The notes under the pieces: generated by a model
Seen by the model: only the letters and a program-made list of their open reading frames with translations
Databases searched by the model: none
What the model was told of the DNA's origin: nothing
Origin: Eledone cirrhosa
Lineage: Eukaryota
DNA: 64,000 bases
Reading direction: 5' to 3'
Assembly: GCA_964016885.1 (NCBI GenBank)
Contig: OZ024760.1
Location: forward strand, 31,310,001 to 31,374,000
Part shown: in pieces, positions 50,738 to 62,752 of the stretch
Layout: each line of letters opens with the position of its first letter
Position numbering within the stretch: position 1 is the stretch's first letter
Position numbers and translations under genes: made by a program

Positions 50738-50995
50738 TGGACACAATGGACTGGAGCAATGTGAAATAAAGTGTCTTGCTCAAGGACACAGTGGACTGGA
50801 GCAATGTGAAATAAAGTGTCTTGCTCAAGGACACAGTGGACTGGAGCAATGTGAAATAAAGTGTCTTTCCCAAGGACACAGTGGACTGGAGCAATGTGAA
50901 ATAAAGTGTCTTGCTCAAGGACACAGTGGACTGGAGCAATGTGAAATGAAGTGTCTTCCTCAAGGACACAGTGGACTGGAGCAATGTGAAATAAA
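50738..50995. repeat. 45-bp tandem repeat derived from the SINE core, about 5.5 copies
   Basis: ggacacagtggactggagcaatgtgaaataaagtgtcttgctcaa; matches the SINE core at 25699-25733. Confidence 0.9.
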
Positions 50996-51214
50996 CCATT
51001 GGGCTTTATGCCTTCACACAAACCTATATCTTCTCCCTCTCCTTCTAGTTCCTTTGGCTCCCCACAGAATTGGAAGCAAACTCCATTCTACACAGTTACA
51101 AGCCCTGTCACAATCCTGCTCCCAGACAAGGCTAATATCTGCCAGGTATCCCACAACAGATCCTGAACCAAGTTTACCTTGCTTCCTATGCTCTCAATTC
51201 TGGCTTCCATTTCA

Positions 51215-51613
51215 GGTGAAGGCACATGGCTTAGTGGTTAGAGCATTGGCCTTGCAATCGAAAGGTTGTGAGTTCAATTCTCGGACCGGGTGATGTGTTG
51301 TTTCCTTGAGCAAGACACTTTATTTCACATTGCTCCAGTTTACTCAGCTGTAGAAATGAGATGATAGGACTGGGGTCCCTATCATTCATTCCACTGCAAA
51401 GTGGTCGTGGAGGTGCCACGATAAAAAAGCACCCAGCACTCACTGTAAATGAGGTTGGTGTTAGGAAGGGCATCCAGCTGTAGAAATCAAGCCAGAATCA
51501 GTTCCTGTATGAGCCAGACCAGGTCAGGCAACCGGACACTGCCCACAACAGGACAATCCGTCTAACCCATGCTAGCGTGGAAGAACAGACGTAAAATGGT
51601 GATGATGATGATG
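51215..51613 (+). mobile_element. Full-length tRNA-head SINE with RTE-derived 3' tail
   Basis: A box tggcttagtgg, B box gagttcaattc, core ccttgagcaagacactttatttcacattgctccag. The 3' half matches the RTE UTR at 14265-14510 and ends in (GAT)n. Confidence 0.85.
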
Positions 51614-51631
51614 ATTGGTTGGCCATACATA

Positions 51632-52217
51632 ACATACCGCAGCACAGACTCCACTACAACAATGAAGAGGCGGATTTTCAGGTCTTTACGAAGGTCCGAC
51701 TTCCACTCCGATCTCAAGCTGTGGCACGCCGCCCAGGCTTTGCTCTTCTTCTCAACCACAATCTTTGCTCCCAAATACAGGAAGCCCTCAACCAATTCTA
51801 GCGGCTTCCCGCCTACATTAGTCTGAGACTTGGACACTGACCAAGAAACTCACTCAGATGGTGGATGGGTGCTACACGAGAATGCTGAGAATGGCTCTGA
51901 ACATTAATCAGTATACACTGAGGATGAAAAACTCAGAGCTGTATGGGAGCATCCCAAAAGTCAGCTCAAAAGTGACACAGAGGAGACTGAGGTTAGCTGG
52001 ACATGCTCACCGACATCCAGAGTTGACATTGCACTCAGTGCTCCTATGGGAACCCCTACATGGACACACTAGAAGAGGAAGACCAAGGTTAACGTATGTT
52101 GATGCCCTAAGGACAGACACTGGTTTGTTGGAGACGCAGAACATGGCAGCGATAATGAGGGACAGAGACCGCTGGAGAGAACTCGTCCATGGATCTTGGG
52201 AATTTTACCCGCCTTAG
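51632..52217 (+). mobile_element. RTE-like LINE 3' fragment with 5' inversion
   Basis: 51635-51822 is the reverse complement of about 45637-45838, and 51821-52217 matches 45844-46234 directly. Confidence 0.85.
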
Positions 52218-52326
52218 ATAGATAGATAGATAACATTTAAAGAAATCTTACACAATGTGTTCTTATTTCATTGTTTGTTTGTTTGTTTGTTTTTATTTAT
52301 TTTTTTATTTTTTTATTTTTTTATAG

Positions 52327-52644
52327 ATATTGAGACAATCATAGAAGCTATACATGCAAAGGAGGAGAAGGAGTTGAACCAATTTCTTGAAGAAATGTCC
52401 CAAACAACTAAATCTTGGCGAATCATATATTTTATGCTCATTCAAAGATCTCAAAGGGCACCACTTAAATTTAATGCATCCAAGATAAACATTTCTACTT
52501 TATTGGAATTGAGAAAATCTAATGGAATCCAGAGATTATTTACTCTCTCTTTACTAAAAAATCTTCTGGAGAACGGTCTTCTGTCGGGGGACAAAGCCAG
52601 CTTGGCAAAGATTCATGATGTCTTGAAACTTACCCTAGATATTG
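52327..52644 (+). CDS. Host gene exon (318 nt): (D)IETIIEAIHAKEEKELNQFLEEMSQTTKSWRIIYFML...HDVLKLTLDI
   Basis: Long T tract and atag| ... ATTG|gtaact; phase 1 in and out; same frame as ORF 52257..52835. Confidence 0.85.
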
Positions 52645-54224
52645 GTAACTCTAAACTTACATTTCTTTTGCTCTTTGTTGCTGTTGTTGTTGTTGGTGGT
52701 GGTGGTTTTCTTCTTGTTTTTTTTTTGTTTTTTTGCTGTTTTTGTTGGTGGTTTTCTTCTTGTTCTTTTTTACTGCTGTCTTTCATGTTATATATGAAGG
52801 AACATGACAGAATATTTAAGAAGAATGCTTTATGACCATTCTAGTTTGTCAATCTTTTAGCTGATATTTTGATGTCCTTGCTATTGATTGTTTCTCAGTC
52901 GTGTTTTGCTATTTCTTCCATCTTCAAATATCCCTGACCCATTCAGTGTTAACATTGTCGTTCACAGATCTTCCCTCCTACTCACCCGAGTCACAGACCA
53001 TCATAACTGTTGTTCTTGAAAAAATAATAATTCAAAAGAGGTGTGATGGTCTTAAAGATTTAACCATCTTATCCACATGAAGCTATGACTTTCTTGAGTG
53101 ACCAGCAGTGAAAAGATCAATGGAAATTTAACCGATTTATAGTAATGATAATATTATTTGTACCAACAGAGGTCACCAATATAACAAATTAATAATAGTC
53201 ACCAGTTTAGCAGAAAATAATATTATGCCATGTAATAATGGCACAAGACCATCAATTTTGGGGGAAGGGAAAGTCGATTAAAACGACCCCAGTGCGTGAC
53301 TGGTACTTATTTTATCAACAAGGATGAAAGGCAAAGTTAACATCGGTGGGATTTGAACTCAATTATACCATGTAATAATAATATCAACGACAATATGTAT
53401 CAACAAGAACAATAATAATGATGTATTTTGTTGTAGGAAAGGTATGGTTTGGTTATATCAATAAATGTAATGGTTTTGTTATATGGCAATGTTAGTTGAA
53501 TTGAGGTTCGACTGTAAGTCCCAGGTTCTGTTGCAGCAGTGATAATAACTCTGGAAATGATCTTTCCATATCACATCTAAAGGCTGTGGCTGTGATAATA
53601 GCATCACAAGACTTTGCAATGTTTTTTACATAATTTATTTACAAACCGATTACAAAGGTTGAGCTGGAATACCAAACAAAGGAATAAACAAATTAAGAGT
53701 TTAGAAGGTACGGTCGACTGGCTGAGGTGCTGGCCAGGCCGTAGTTATGTTGTTGTCGTTACATATTGGCTAGTGGTTGAACGGCAAAAGAAAAATGGTG
53801 TTTACCTTTCCATGATAAAAGCTGCAAGAGACAGTATATTGAAAGAAAGCGGGAAAATCTCAGTTTAGGCGGAAGTTGGTAAAATATATTCATGCTCAGC
53901 TCACGATTGGCCTGACTTAGCCAAATCACGCACGAATAGTTTACAAATGCGCCAAAGGAAAGTAGCTTGCTACAGAAACATTGTTTCCTTGGTATGATCT
54001 TATCAGTTACACCTTACTCTTAAGCAAGTTATTTAAAACTTTCTTTGTATTCTGTTTCTTTCCCAAATCATGTCGAGTGTCAACCTGACATTCGAGACAA
54101 TATTGGACAATACACACATTTTACAATCAATTGTCACACAAATAATGCAGCAAGGGCATAAACAACAGTAAATGATTTTGCAAGGGTTTTAAATTGATAA
54201 TAATAATAACAATAATAATAATTT

Positions 54225-54600
54225 AAAAAATGTGACACCTCAAGGCTGTTACAATACCAGTGATTGTGGGAGCACTGGGGATGTTCAAGAAAGGAACAGA
54301 ACAGTATTTGTGAATAATTCTTGGTTTACTCTCTCTGCAAAAGGTGCAAAAAATTGTTTTGACTGGTACTGCCCACATATTGAGAAGAGCACTATCTCTG
54401 TAAGAATGATACCCCCCCCCCCTCCTTGTGTGGATATGTGTGTGTGAGTAGAGCACTATCTCTGTAAGAATGATAAGCTGTAAATTATAATCAATGTGGT
54501 GTGTTAACTGACTTACCAATGAATACAGCGGGTTTAGTTACCCGAGTTGTCAGGAAGACACTCGGCATATATCAGAAACAATACTGAAGGAAAAAGAAAA
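54225..54600 (+). mobile_element. R4/Dong-like RLE LINE 3' end
   Basis: Translates HLKAVTIPVIVGALGMFKKG...LQKVQKIVLTGTAHILRRALSL*; preceded by an (AAT)n tract. Confidence 0.65.
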
Positions 54601-54640
54601 ACAATGACAAATAATATATGTATATATATATATATATATA

Positions 54641-54835
54641 TAATGAAGGAAATGTGGTAAGGAACCAGGTGGACCATAACGCACCAAAGTACTCAATACT
54701 TAGGGTAGTAGAGTGGGTAATAGGAACGAGTAGGACCCCGACGGCTGAGCTCAAGCCGTTTCGACGGCTAATTTAGTCCAGAATTAACCGTCGAAACGGC
54801 TTGAGCTTAGCCGTCGGGGTCCTACTCATTCCTAT
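54641..54835 (-). repeat. Hairpin-headed element copy
   Basis: Reverse complement of 49582-49777; palindrome 54720-54835. Confidence 0.85.
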
Positions 54836-54951
54836 ATATCTATGTATATAGATAGATATACATATATATTTATATATGTACAAATATGAATATATATCGT
54901 TTCTGAATTTGTTTAGCAAGATTCTTTATCTGAAATCGTGTGTTGAAACCG

Positions 54952-55022
54952 ATATTGTTATACTTTGGGAGGGTCATGTTGCCAATAATTGGCAACATGA
55001 CCCTCCCAAAGTATAACAATAT
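54952..55022. repeat. Perfect 34-bp-arm palindrome
   Basis: atattgttatactttgggagggtcatgttgccaa-taa-ttggcaacatgaccctcccaaagtataacaatat. Confidence 0.95.
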
Positions 55023-55054
55023 GAATATATATATATACATATATATATATATAC

Positions 55055-58000
55055 ATAAGCAAGAAGATTTTAGATGGAATTATACCAGTTATCAGAAATA
55101 AAATTCACCTAGACCTGTGGGGGAACACTGATGAGGTATTAAAATGGTTCTCAAGCATTAGTAACCATAAGTCTCTTAGGTTTATACAGTTTGATATTGA
55201 TGCATACTATACCTCTATCTCCCTGATCCTCTTAAATAAGGCTCTTATCATGGCCATGCAGAAGAGTGACTTCACTAGATCCCAGATTGATATTGTTCTT
55301 GCCGCGCGTAAAATGATAATCATGTTTCAGGATGAATTATGGACCCGGAAGAACACACCCAATAACTTTGATATCACTATGATATCAGCACAGGTTACGG
55401 ATCTTGTCGGACTGTACCTCCTAAATGAGTTACACGAAACATTCCCAAACCTCCGCGGCGGGCTGTATCGGGATGACGCTTTATTCACTCTTGAATATAA
55501 AAGGCACAATATTGAACGAACCAAGAAAGACCTGCATAGATTCTTTAAAAGTTTCAACCTTAGTATTACTATAGATAAGAATAATAAAACAGTTAACTTC
55601 TTAGATGTAACCCTAGACTTAGAAAATAAAACATTCGCACTGTACCATAAACTTAATGAAAAACTAACCTATGAAAATGCCAGCTCCAACCATCCTAAAT
55701 CGGTCCTAAATGCTATTATTAAAGGAGTTTCAAATAGAATTAGCAGGCTATCATATAGTGAGAATGCATTCAACTCCAATGCTGGATACTATAATGAAAC
55801 CTTAGCAAAATCTGGTTATAAAAATAAGCTATTTTATATACCCAGCAACTCCCAAACCACCTATACTAGGCTAAATACTATAATCACACACAATATGTCT
55901 ATAAATAATAACCGTAATAGAAATAGGAGTAAGAATCACACCGTAAATAATCCAGCCTGGCCAAAGCCATATAGGCACACCAACAACCTGCCCAATACCA
56001 ATGGCAGTAATACTAATAACGGCGTGATTGGAGCTAAAGATAAAAACTAAGGAAATGGAAACGACAATGGCACTGGTAGTAACCTAAATAACGCAGCACA
56101 GCCGCATCAAGTAAACCCTAACAGTAATAACCCTCTAAATAGGAGAAATAGGAAAACTAGAAGAAGGCAAAACACTTAATTCAACCCACCTTATAACTCC
56201 GAAGTCCTTACCAACCTTCCTAGAATATTCTTCTCGATACTAGAAAAGAACTTCCCGCCAGGCAGTAGATATCACAGTATTATTAATAAAAATATAATTA
56301 AATTATCCTAGTCTACTACACCTAATCTAGCCTCACACTTAGCACGCACAAATAATAGGAAAATTAGGGAAGGTTTTGAGACCATCAGGTCTGCAAATAA
56401 CCACCAACCACCTAACCCACTGGGAAATGGGTTGCCTGATGGAGGTCGTGACCCACCAAATGCACAAGTAATGCTTCGGGATAGTGCAAACAGCCACTCG
56501 TCCCGACGCATGTTGAATGATACAATCCGCAACTGTAATTGTAGGTGGAGAGATAGTTGCCCTCTCAGGGGCTACTGCCTCATGAAAAATATAGTCTACG
56601 CTTGTGACGTCACAACACCTACCTCTACCAAAACCTACATTGGCTCAACATCCACCTCGTTTAAAACGAGATATAACTCACATAGAAGCACCTTTAGGCA
56701 TGATAGGCTTAAGAATACAACCTCAATGGCAGGCTATATTTCTGTTTTAAAAAAAGCCGGCACCTCCTATACTCTTAATTGGAGACAGCTGGCTAAGTCT
56801 ACACCTTATCGCCTACCGAGCAAAATGTGTAACCTATGCCTTCTGGAATCTCACGCCATAGTTTACTCCAGACAAAACCTGCTCAATAGGAAATCTGAGA
56901 TATTTTCTTCCTGTCAGCACAGAATCCTAAGTTTTTTCTTCTATTTTAAGCCGAGTATCTAGATAAGCTGTTCTTAACTTAGGTTATTTTTCTTTTTCTT
57001 TAGCACTCATTTATCTCTTCAACTTGCATACCTCTTAATGTACCCGCACCCAACTAGTATGAAGGGGACCCCAACTTCGATCTTGCTGGAATTTGAGGAA
57101 TGGTACATTTTAGTGTGGTAAGAACACCCTGCATTCATAGAGATCAATTAACGTAGAAATACTGCTAACAACAGTGGTATATATATATATGGGTCCCAAA
57201 AGGATTGCTCCCATAGCAGACTCTAATGATTATTACTGTCTCGTGCTATGAGTGAACCCGACATTGATGCCATAACCGGCCTCAGTGTGAGTAAACAACT
57301 CATACCGGGGGGGTATTTGATATTGCGTTAATTGTCTCTGGCGGGTTTGGTCAAAAGGGGTACAATCTAGAGTTGTCCCCCTTCTCACGGAATGATTTAA
57401 TATGTATCTTCATAAATAGACGGCCAGACTGACCTCCCTTATCCTTCCCCCAAGGGAATGGCCAGCCTGCTAGGAGCGTTATGATGTCCACTCGAAATGT
57501 TTACTACGTCATCAAATTCTGAGTGTTGATCTTTGAATGTGGGCAAAGTGAAGAACACAGAAGCGCCAAAATGCTGTAAACACTGGAATTAAACGGTCAA
57601 TTGATTTGATTTAATTAATTACATTAAAACATATTGGATTACCATTCTACGAGGTTGGAATATAGTAAACGATAGTGTGGATGTGCTGAGTGTACCTTAC
57701 AGCTTGATATGTATAGTTACATCTATACTTGTATGACTTGGATAATTTAAGTCATTCGTTACACCACGTGGTATGCTGGGAAACTTAGGATTGCATGGAT
57801 TCACAACCCCACAGCTATGATGCGGAGGTATTGATCCCAACATGAGACTGGAGTGGATAGTATTGTAATCGTAAGGGGTAACACAGACGAATGGAACACG
57901 TAGATACATGTATGTATGTATATATATATATATGTATAGGTGTGTGTGCGTATGTACGTAGGTCTATGTAGACTTACACACACACACGCACACACATGCA

Positions 58001-58762
58001 AACGTTATATTCTACTGATATCCATGATGGTTGCTTTCACCTGCTTCCACTACGCTTTGCTTTGAAGACCTGTATGTTCTGTGAACCACAGAGATAAATT
58101 GCATTTGAACGCCACCTATAACACTTGTTGCCATACTGTGATGGCTACATGGAATTCCACTATATGATCACTTTATCTGACTCTGCCTACATCATTTACT
58201 TTCGTTGATATTATTCTTAAACTGTCATCTCTGAAATCCTTTACTGTCTACAACTACATCTATTTGCATTTATTTGCATTGCTTATATAATGTGTTACCT
58301 TTTATGTTTCATTTTTATTTTTATCTTTATTTTTATGACCTCCTATTTTTTATTCTCATATTTTATTCTCATTTTTATTTTTATTATTTTTTTATATTTT
58401 CTTATATTATCATCACTTTATTGTTATCTTTATTTTTATCCTTACTTCTAGACTCTACCCTTTACGTTTTATCTCTTATCTTTAATTTCCTTATCTTTTA
58501 TTTTTCCTTATCTTTAATTATTATAACTGATTTCGGTCCTATATGTATCGGCTTCTAGCGGTGATGCGTCAGCCAAGCACCCCACTCTTCTTAGTCCTCT
58601 GTGATACACATGGATCATTCTTGTGATATAGGTCGGTAGAGTTTATACTATTGATCTAATTCCTCTTTATAACGCTCTGATGAGTCCTGCAATTATGCAG
58701 GACGAAACACTGTCAGCAAATAAAGATTAATTGATGATGTAAGCGGTCTTTGTTTTTGTTTC

Positions 58763-58763
<1 letters not shown>
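55055..58763 (+). mobile_element. Penelope-like element, 5'-truncated (RT, C-terminal GIY-YIG endonuclease, long 3' UTR/pLTR)
   Basis: FIQFDIDAYYTSI (about 55181), GLYRDD, NFLDVTLDL, SNHP; ORF 56432..56962 CNC..CP..YC, IVYAC..YIGST, CNLCLLE, SSCQH; bounded by (TA)n; hammerhead plus AATAAA at the 3' end. Confidence 0.9.
58674..58717 (+). ncRNA. Canonical minimal type I hammerhead ribozyme motif
   Basis: gct CTGATGA gtcctgca-atta-tgcaggac GAAA cact GTC agc, then AATAAA. Perfect 8-bp stem II and a GUC cleavage triplet. Confidence 0.9.
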
Positions 58764-58806
<43 letters not shown>

Positions 58807-58826
58807 GTGTATATATATATATATAC

Positions 58827-58897
<71 letters not shown>

Positions 58898-59002
58898 CAT
58901 ATATGTATATACATATATATATATATATATTCACATATATATGTATATATATAAATGAAATAACAGGAGGCTGGACTGGTGTAAATCCTTGAAAGGTTTA
59001 TT

Positions 59003-59060
59003 ATACTATGATCATTTCAATGACCGGGTTCCATATGAATCCGGTGATATCATCAGGTAT
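59003..59060 (-). ncRNA. Minimal type I hammerhead ribozyme motif
   Basis: Minus strand: atac CTGATGA tatcaccggattc-atat-ggaacccggtcatt GAAA tgatca TA gtat aataaa. Palindromic TGATCA stem III. Confidence 0.8.
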
Positions 59061-60565
59061 TGGAATATAACAAAGGAATATGTAAAAAGCCATGGGTCCG
59101 AAAAATCAGAGATAGAGAGGACGGCTGACCAACTAGCTTCTCAGCCAGCCGCCCTCAAAGTGTTGGCAACTGAAAACTACCAATGAATATCTGGTGAGGG
59201 GGCGAAGGCTAATAATGCGCTACCACCACTCCGTCAAAGAAGAAGGGGAAGAAAGAAAGAAAGGGAGAAAGAAGTGTAGTGTAAGGGTCAAACCTCATTT
59301 ATGTTAGAAAATGCCGCGAAAAAAATGCTACCCAAAGAATCTATAATGAGTGTCTGTATGGTCTAATGTGTGAACCGAAGATTGAAACGTTAAACTTATG
59401 TTGCGAGTTATAGGATGAAATTAAATTAAATTAAAAATATTTAATTGCAAAATGGTAAATTGAAAAAAAGAGGTAGCGAGATTTATTTATTTAATGAACT
59501 TACGGAGAGAGTCTTATATGAAAAAATGTTTAAACTCGATAAGATATTAGGATGGGATATAGAGTAAAGAATTCGATTGGGGTCCCCGCCAGCACACCCA
59601 CCACCATGAGTCAGCCAGTCTCGAGTGGTATCGTCCAGCGAAAGAAATGGAAATTAATTTTTCCGAGTACTCTAAGAACGTAGCTAACTTTGGCCCCGGG
59701 ATCCCTAGCGGGAACTCCACAATTTCGACAGGCCATCGTTTATACCACGAATACTATTACATCACACATTAGGGGTTTATTTACGTGTCAGTAGAGGCAT
59801 GATACAGCTAATAGTCATGCCCAAACCTGGAGTTTGTAGGTACAGGTATAATTAGGCGGCCAAAACAGGCGGTGCGGTGGGATTGGGGCAAAGCAAGCCG
59901 CTCCGAGTAATTTCATTTACCGAAAGAGGAGAAATTTATTTTTCCGAGCACTCAAGGAAGGCTGAACTTTCCGAGTGCCAAACGCGCAGCTGGGAAAAGC
60001 CACCACACAAGTCGAAGGTAACAACCCAATAAAAAGTGCAAATAGCCCAAAATTATTTTAAAGTCCCAGTTAGTCCGGGTTATAGGAAGTGTGGTTCTTA
60101 GGTGGGTAGGGGGCTATGAAAGGTACATAATGACCTGAGTAAGGAAAAGTTACAAAAAAATATGAAAAAATATGAAAAAATAATGAAAGCAGCATACAAA
60201 TATAAAAGATAGAATACATTGATAAAAATACATTAATAAAATAATTAAAAAAAAAAAAAAATGTATATATATATATATATACATATGTATATATATATAT
60301 GTATATATATATACATATGTATCATCATCATCATCATCATCATCATCATGATAGATATATATATATACATATATATATACATATGTATATATATATATAT
60401 ACATATGTATATATATTTTTTTTTAAATTATTTTATTAATGTATTTTTATCAATGTATTCTATCTTTATATTGGTATTTTATCTTTGTATGCTGCTTTCA
60501 TTATTGTATATATATATATATGTATACATATATATATATATATATATATGTATACATATACATAC

Positions 60566-60596
<31 letters not shown>

Positions 60597-60606
60597 TATG
60601 TATACA

Positions 60607-60748
60607 TAACAAAGGAAATGTGGTAAGGAACCAGGTGGACCATAACGCACCAAAGTACTCAATACTTAGGGTAGTAGAGTGGGTAATAGGAACGAGTAGG
60701 ACCCCGACGGCTGAGCTCAAGCCGTTTCGATGGCTAATTCTGGACTGT
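60607..60748 (-). repeat. Hairpin-element family copy lacking the inverted head
   Basis: Same tail as 54641-54775; stops at gctaattctggactgt before (TA)n. Confidence 0.8.
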
Positions 60749-60861
60749 GTATACATATATATATATGTATACATATACATACATATATATATATGTATAT
60801 GTGTATATATATATATGTATATATATATGTGTATATATATATATGTATATATATATATGTG

Positions 60862-60893
<32 letters not shown>

Positions 60894-60898
60894 TATGT

Positions 60899-60972
<74 letters not shown>

Positions 60973-60994
60973 ACATATACATACATATATATAT

Positions 60995-61027
<33 letters not shown>

Positions 61028-61570
61028 ATTTATTTTAAAAAATTGTTTGAATTTTGCTTGCTCCGCTTACCCCAATTTTATAGTTCTGGTATGTCAAATT
61101 AATACCATAGAACAACCACTGTATCATAGACACCCTATATATTTCCAGGGGTACTTAGTACCTGTGGCGATATTAACTTCTTTTAATATTCTCCGTTATG
61201 CAGAGAACAAATCTGTTGTTCTATTTAGCTGCTATTTTTAGTGGCGAGATAGACAACACGTCTATGTTTACTTCCGCTTCTACTAAGGGCTGGTTCATGC
61301 ATAGGTCAAATTTTCGGCCCCATTCGATCCTGTGCTAGCTGGGAGATGGCAATATAGTTTGCCGTTCCCGGGACTTTTTGTCCTAGGAAAGGAAAATGCT
61401 TTCTGATGATCTAAACTTTCCTTTGGAGATTCCTAGGGATCTCCAATCTTTTGTGAAGTGAAACCGTTCGGTAAAAGCAATTGGAATAGGTAAATATTTA
61501 AATTATATTTTTTTTATTTATTTTAAAAAATTGTTTGAATTTTGCTTGCTCCGCTTACCCCAATTTTATA
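61028..61570 (+). mobile_element. Retrozyme-like or pLTR-like non-coding unit: 488-bp period, 55-bp terminal direct repeat, internal hammerhead
   Basis: 61028-61082 is identical to 61516-61570; (TA)n on both sides; no convincing ORF. Confidence 0.65.
61397..61479 (+). ncRNA. Type I hammerhead ribozyme motif with extended domain II
   Basis: tgcttt CTGATGA [50 nt including hairpin ttggagat-tcctaggg-atctccaa] GAAA ccg-tt-cgg TA aaagca. Perfect 6-bp stem I and a GUA site; the base of stem II is weak. Confidence 0.7.
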
Positions 61571-61720
61571 TATATATATATATATATATGCAAAAGTTCT
61601 ATTTAAAATTGTTGGGATACAACAAGTAAATATTTTATAACTGATATAAAGCACTCGACAAGTTTTTGGAGTAGATATACGATATTAAATAAATGGAAAC
61701 TATATTTATAAAACCATATT

Positions 61721-61785
61721 TATTTCATTATACATATTTCAGCGATACCAAATTAAAATATGGTATGCCTTCATCAGACAAAATA
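61721..61785 (-). ncRNA. Minimal type I hammerhead ribozyme motif (left arm)
   Basis: Minus strand: tattttgt CTGATGA aggcatacca..tggtatcgct GAAA tatgta TA atgaaata. Confidence 0.75.
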
Positions 61786-62687
61786 CAATATATAAACAGT
61801 TTTATAAATAATTTTGACGTACCCTATTAGATGCAACCATTATTTTTGGAAGCTGTCTGGATAGTGAGATGTTTATAATTATTTTATTAGTTATAGTGTT
61901 AAGCACGGTTAGAAAAAGATGGAGAGAAAGAAAAAATGGAGAGAGAGAAGGAGAGAAAAAGAAGGAGAGAGAGAAAAAGAAAACCTGGAGAAATACCGGA
62001 GAGAGAGAAAAAGAAAACCTGGAGAAATACCGAAGAGAGAGAGAGAAATGTATGTAGAAAAGAAAGATATAAATAGATAGGAGGAAATAAAAGAAAAAAG
62101 GAATAAATAAGAAAAACAAAAGAAAGCAACAGAGAGATAATAATTCATCATACAGATAGAAAACTCAAGAGAGAGGAAAAACTATATAGAGAGAGGGGGA
62201 TATAGTGACAACTTTACGTCATGTCATATTAAGTTGAGTTAACAATTCATATGAAATGAATAATAAAAATATAAATATCAATATTCATGAATGGGACATA
62301 GATATATAATATGAGAAAATAACATTGTTCAATAATGACCATATGTTTAGTGTAAAACCTTGAGGTCAATATACCAAAATCTGAGTTAAAACCTTCAAAA
62401 AATACCCTATTTATAAAAATACGGATACAAATATGTATATATATATACACACATATGTATGTCCTGAAAAAAGAAATTATGTCTCCAGGTTTTCTTTTTC
62501 TCTCTCTCCTTCTTTTTCTCTCCTTCTCTCTCTCCGTTTTTTCTTTCTCTCCGTCTTTTTCTAACTGTGCTTAACACTATAACTAATAAAATAATTATAA
62601 ACATCTCACTATCCAGACAGCTTCCAAAAATAATGGTTGCATCTAATAGGGTACGTCAAAATTATTTATAAAACTGTTTATATATTG

Positions 62688-62752
62688 TATTTTGTCTGAT
62701 GAAGGCATACCATATTTTAATTTAGTATCCCTGAAATATGTATAATGAAATA
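62688..62752 (+). ncRNA. Minimal type I hammerhead ribozyme motif (right arm)
   Basis: tattttgt CTGATGA aggcatac..gtatccct GAAA tatgta TA atgaaata. Confidence 0.75.

Noticed and set aside
51215-51290. Functional tRNA gene
   Set aside because: A and B boxes are present, but there is no full cloverleaf and the sequence continues into a SINE body.
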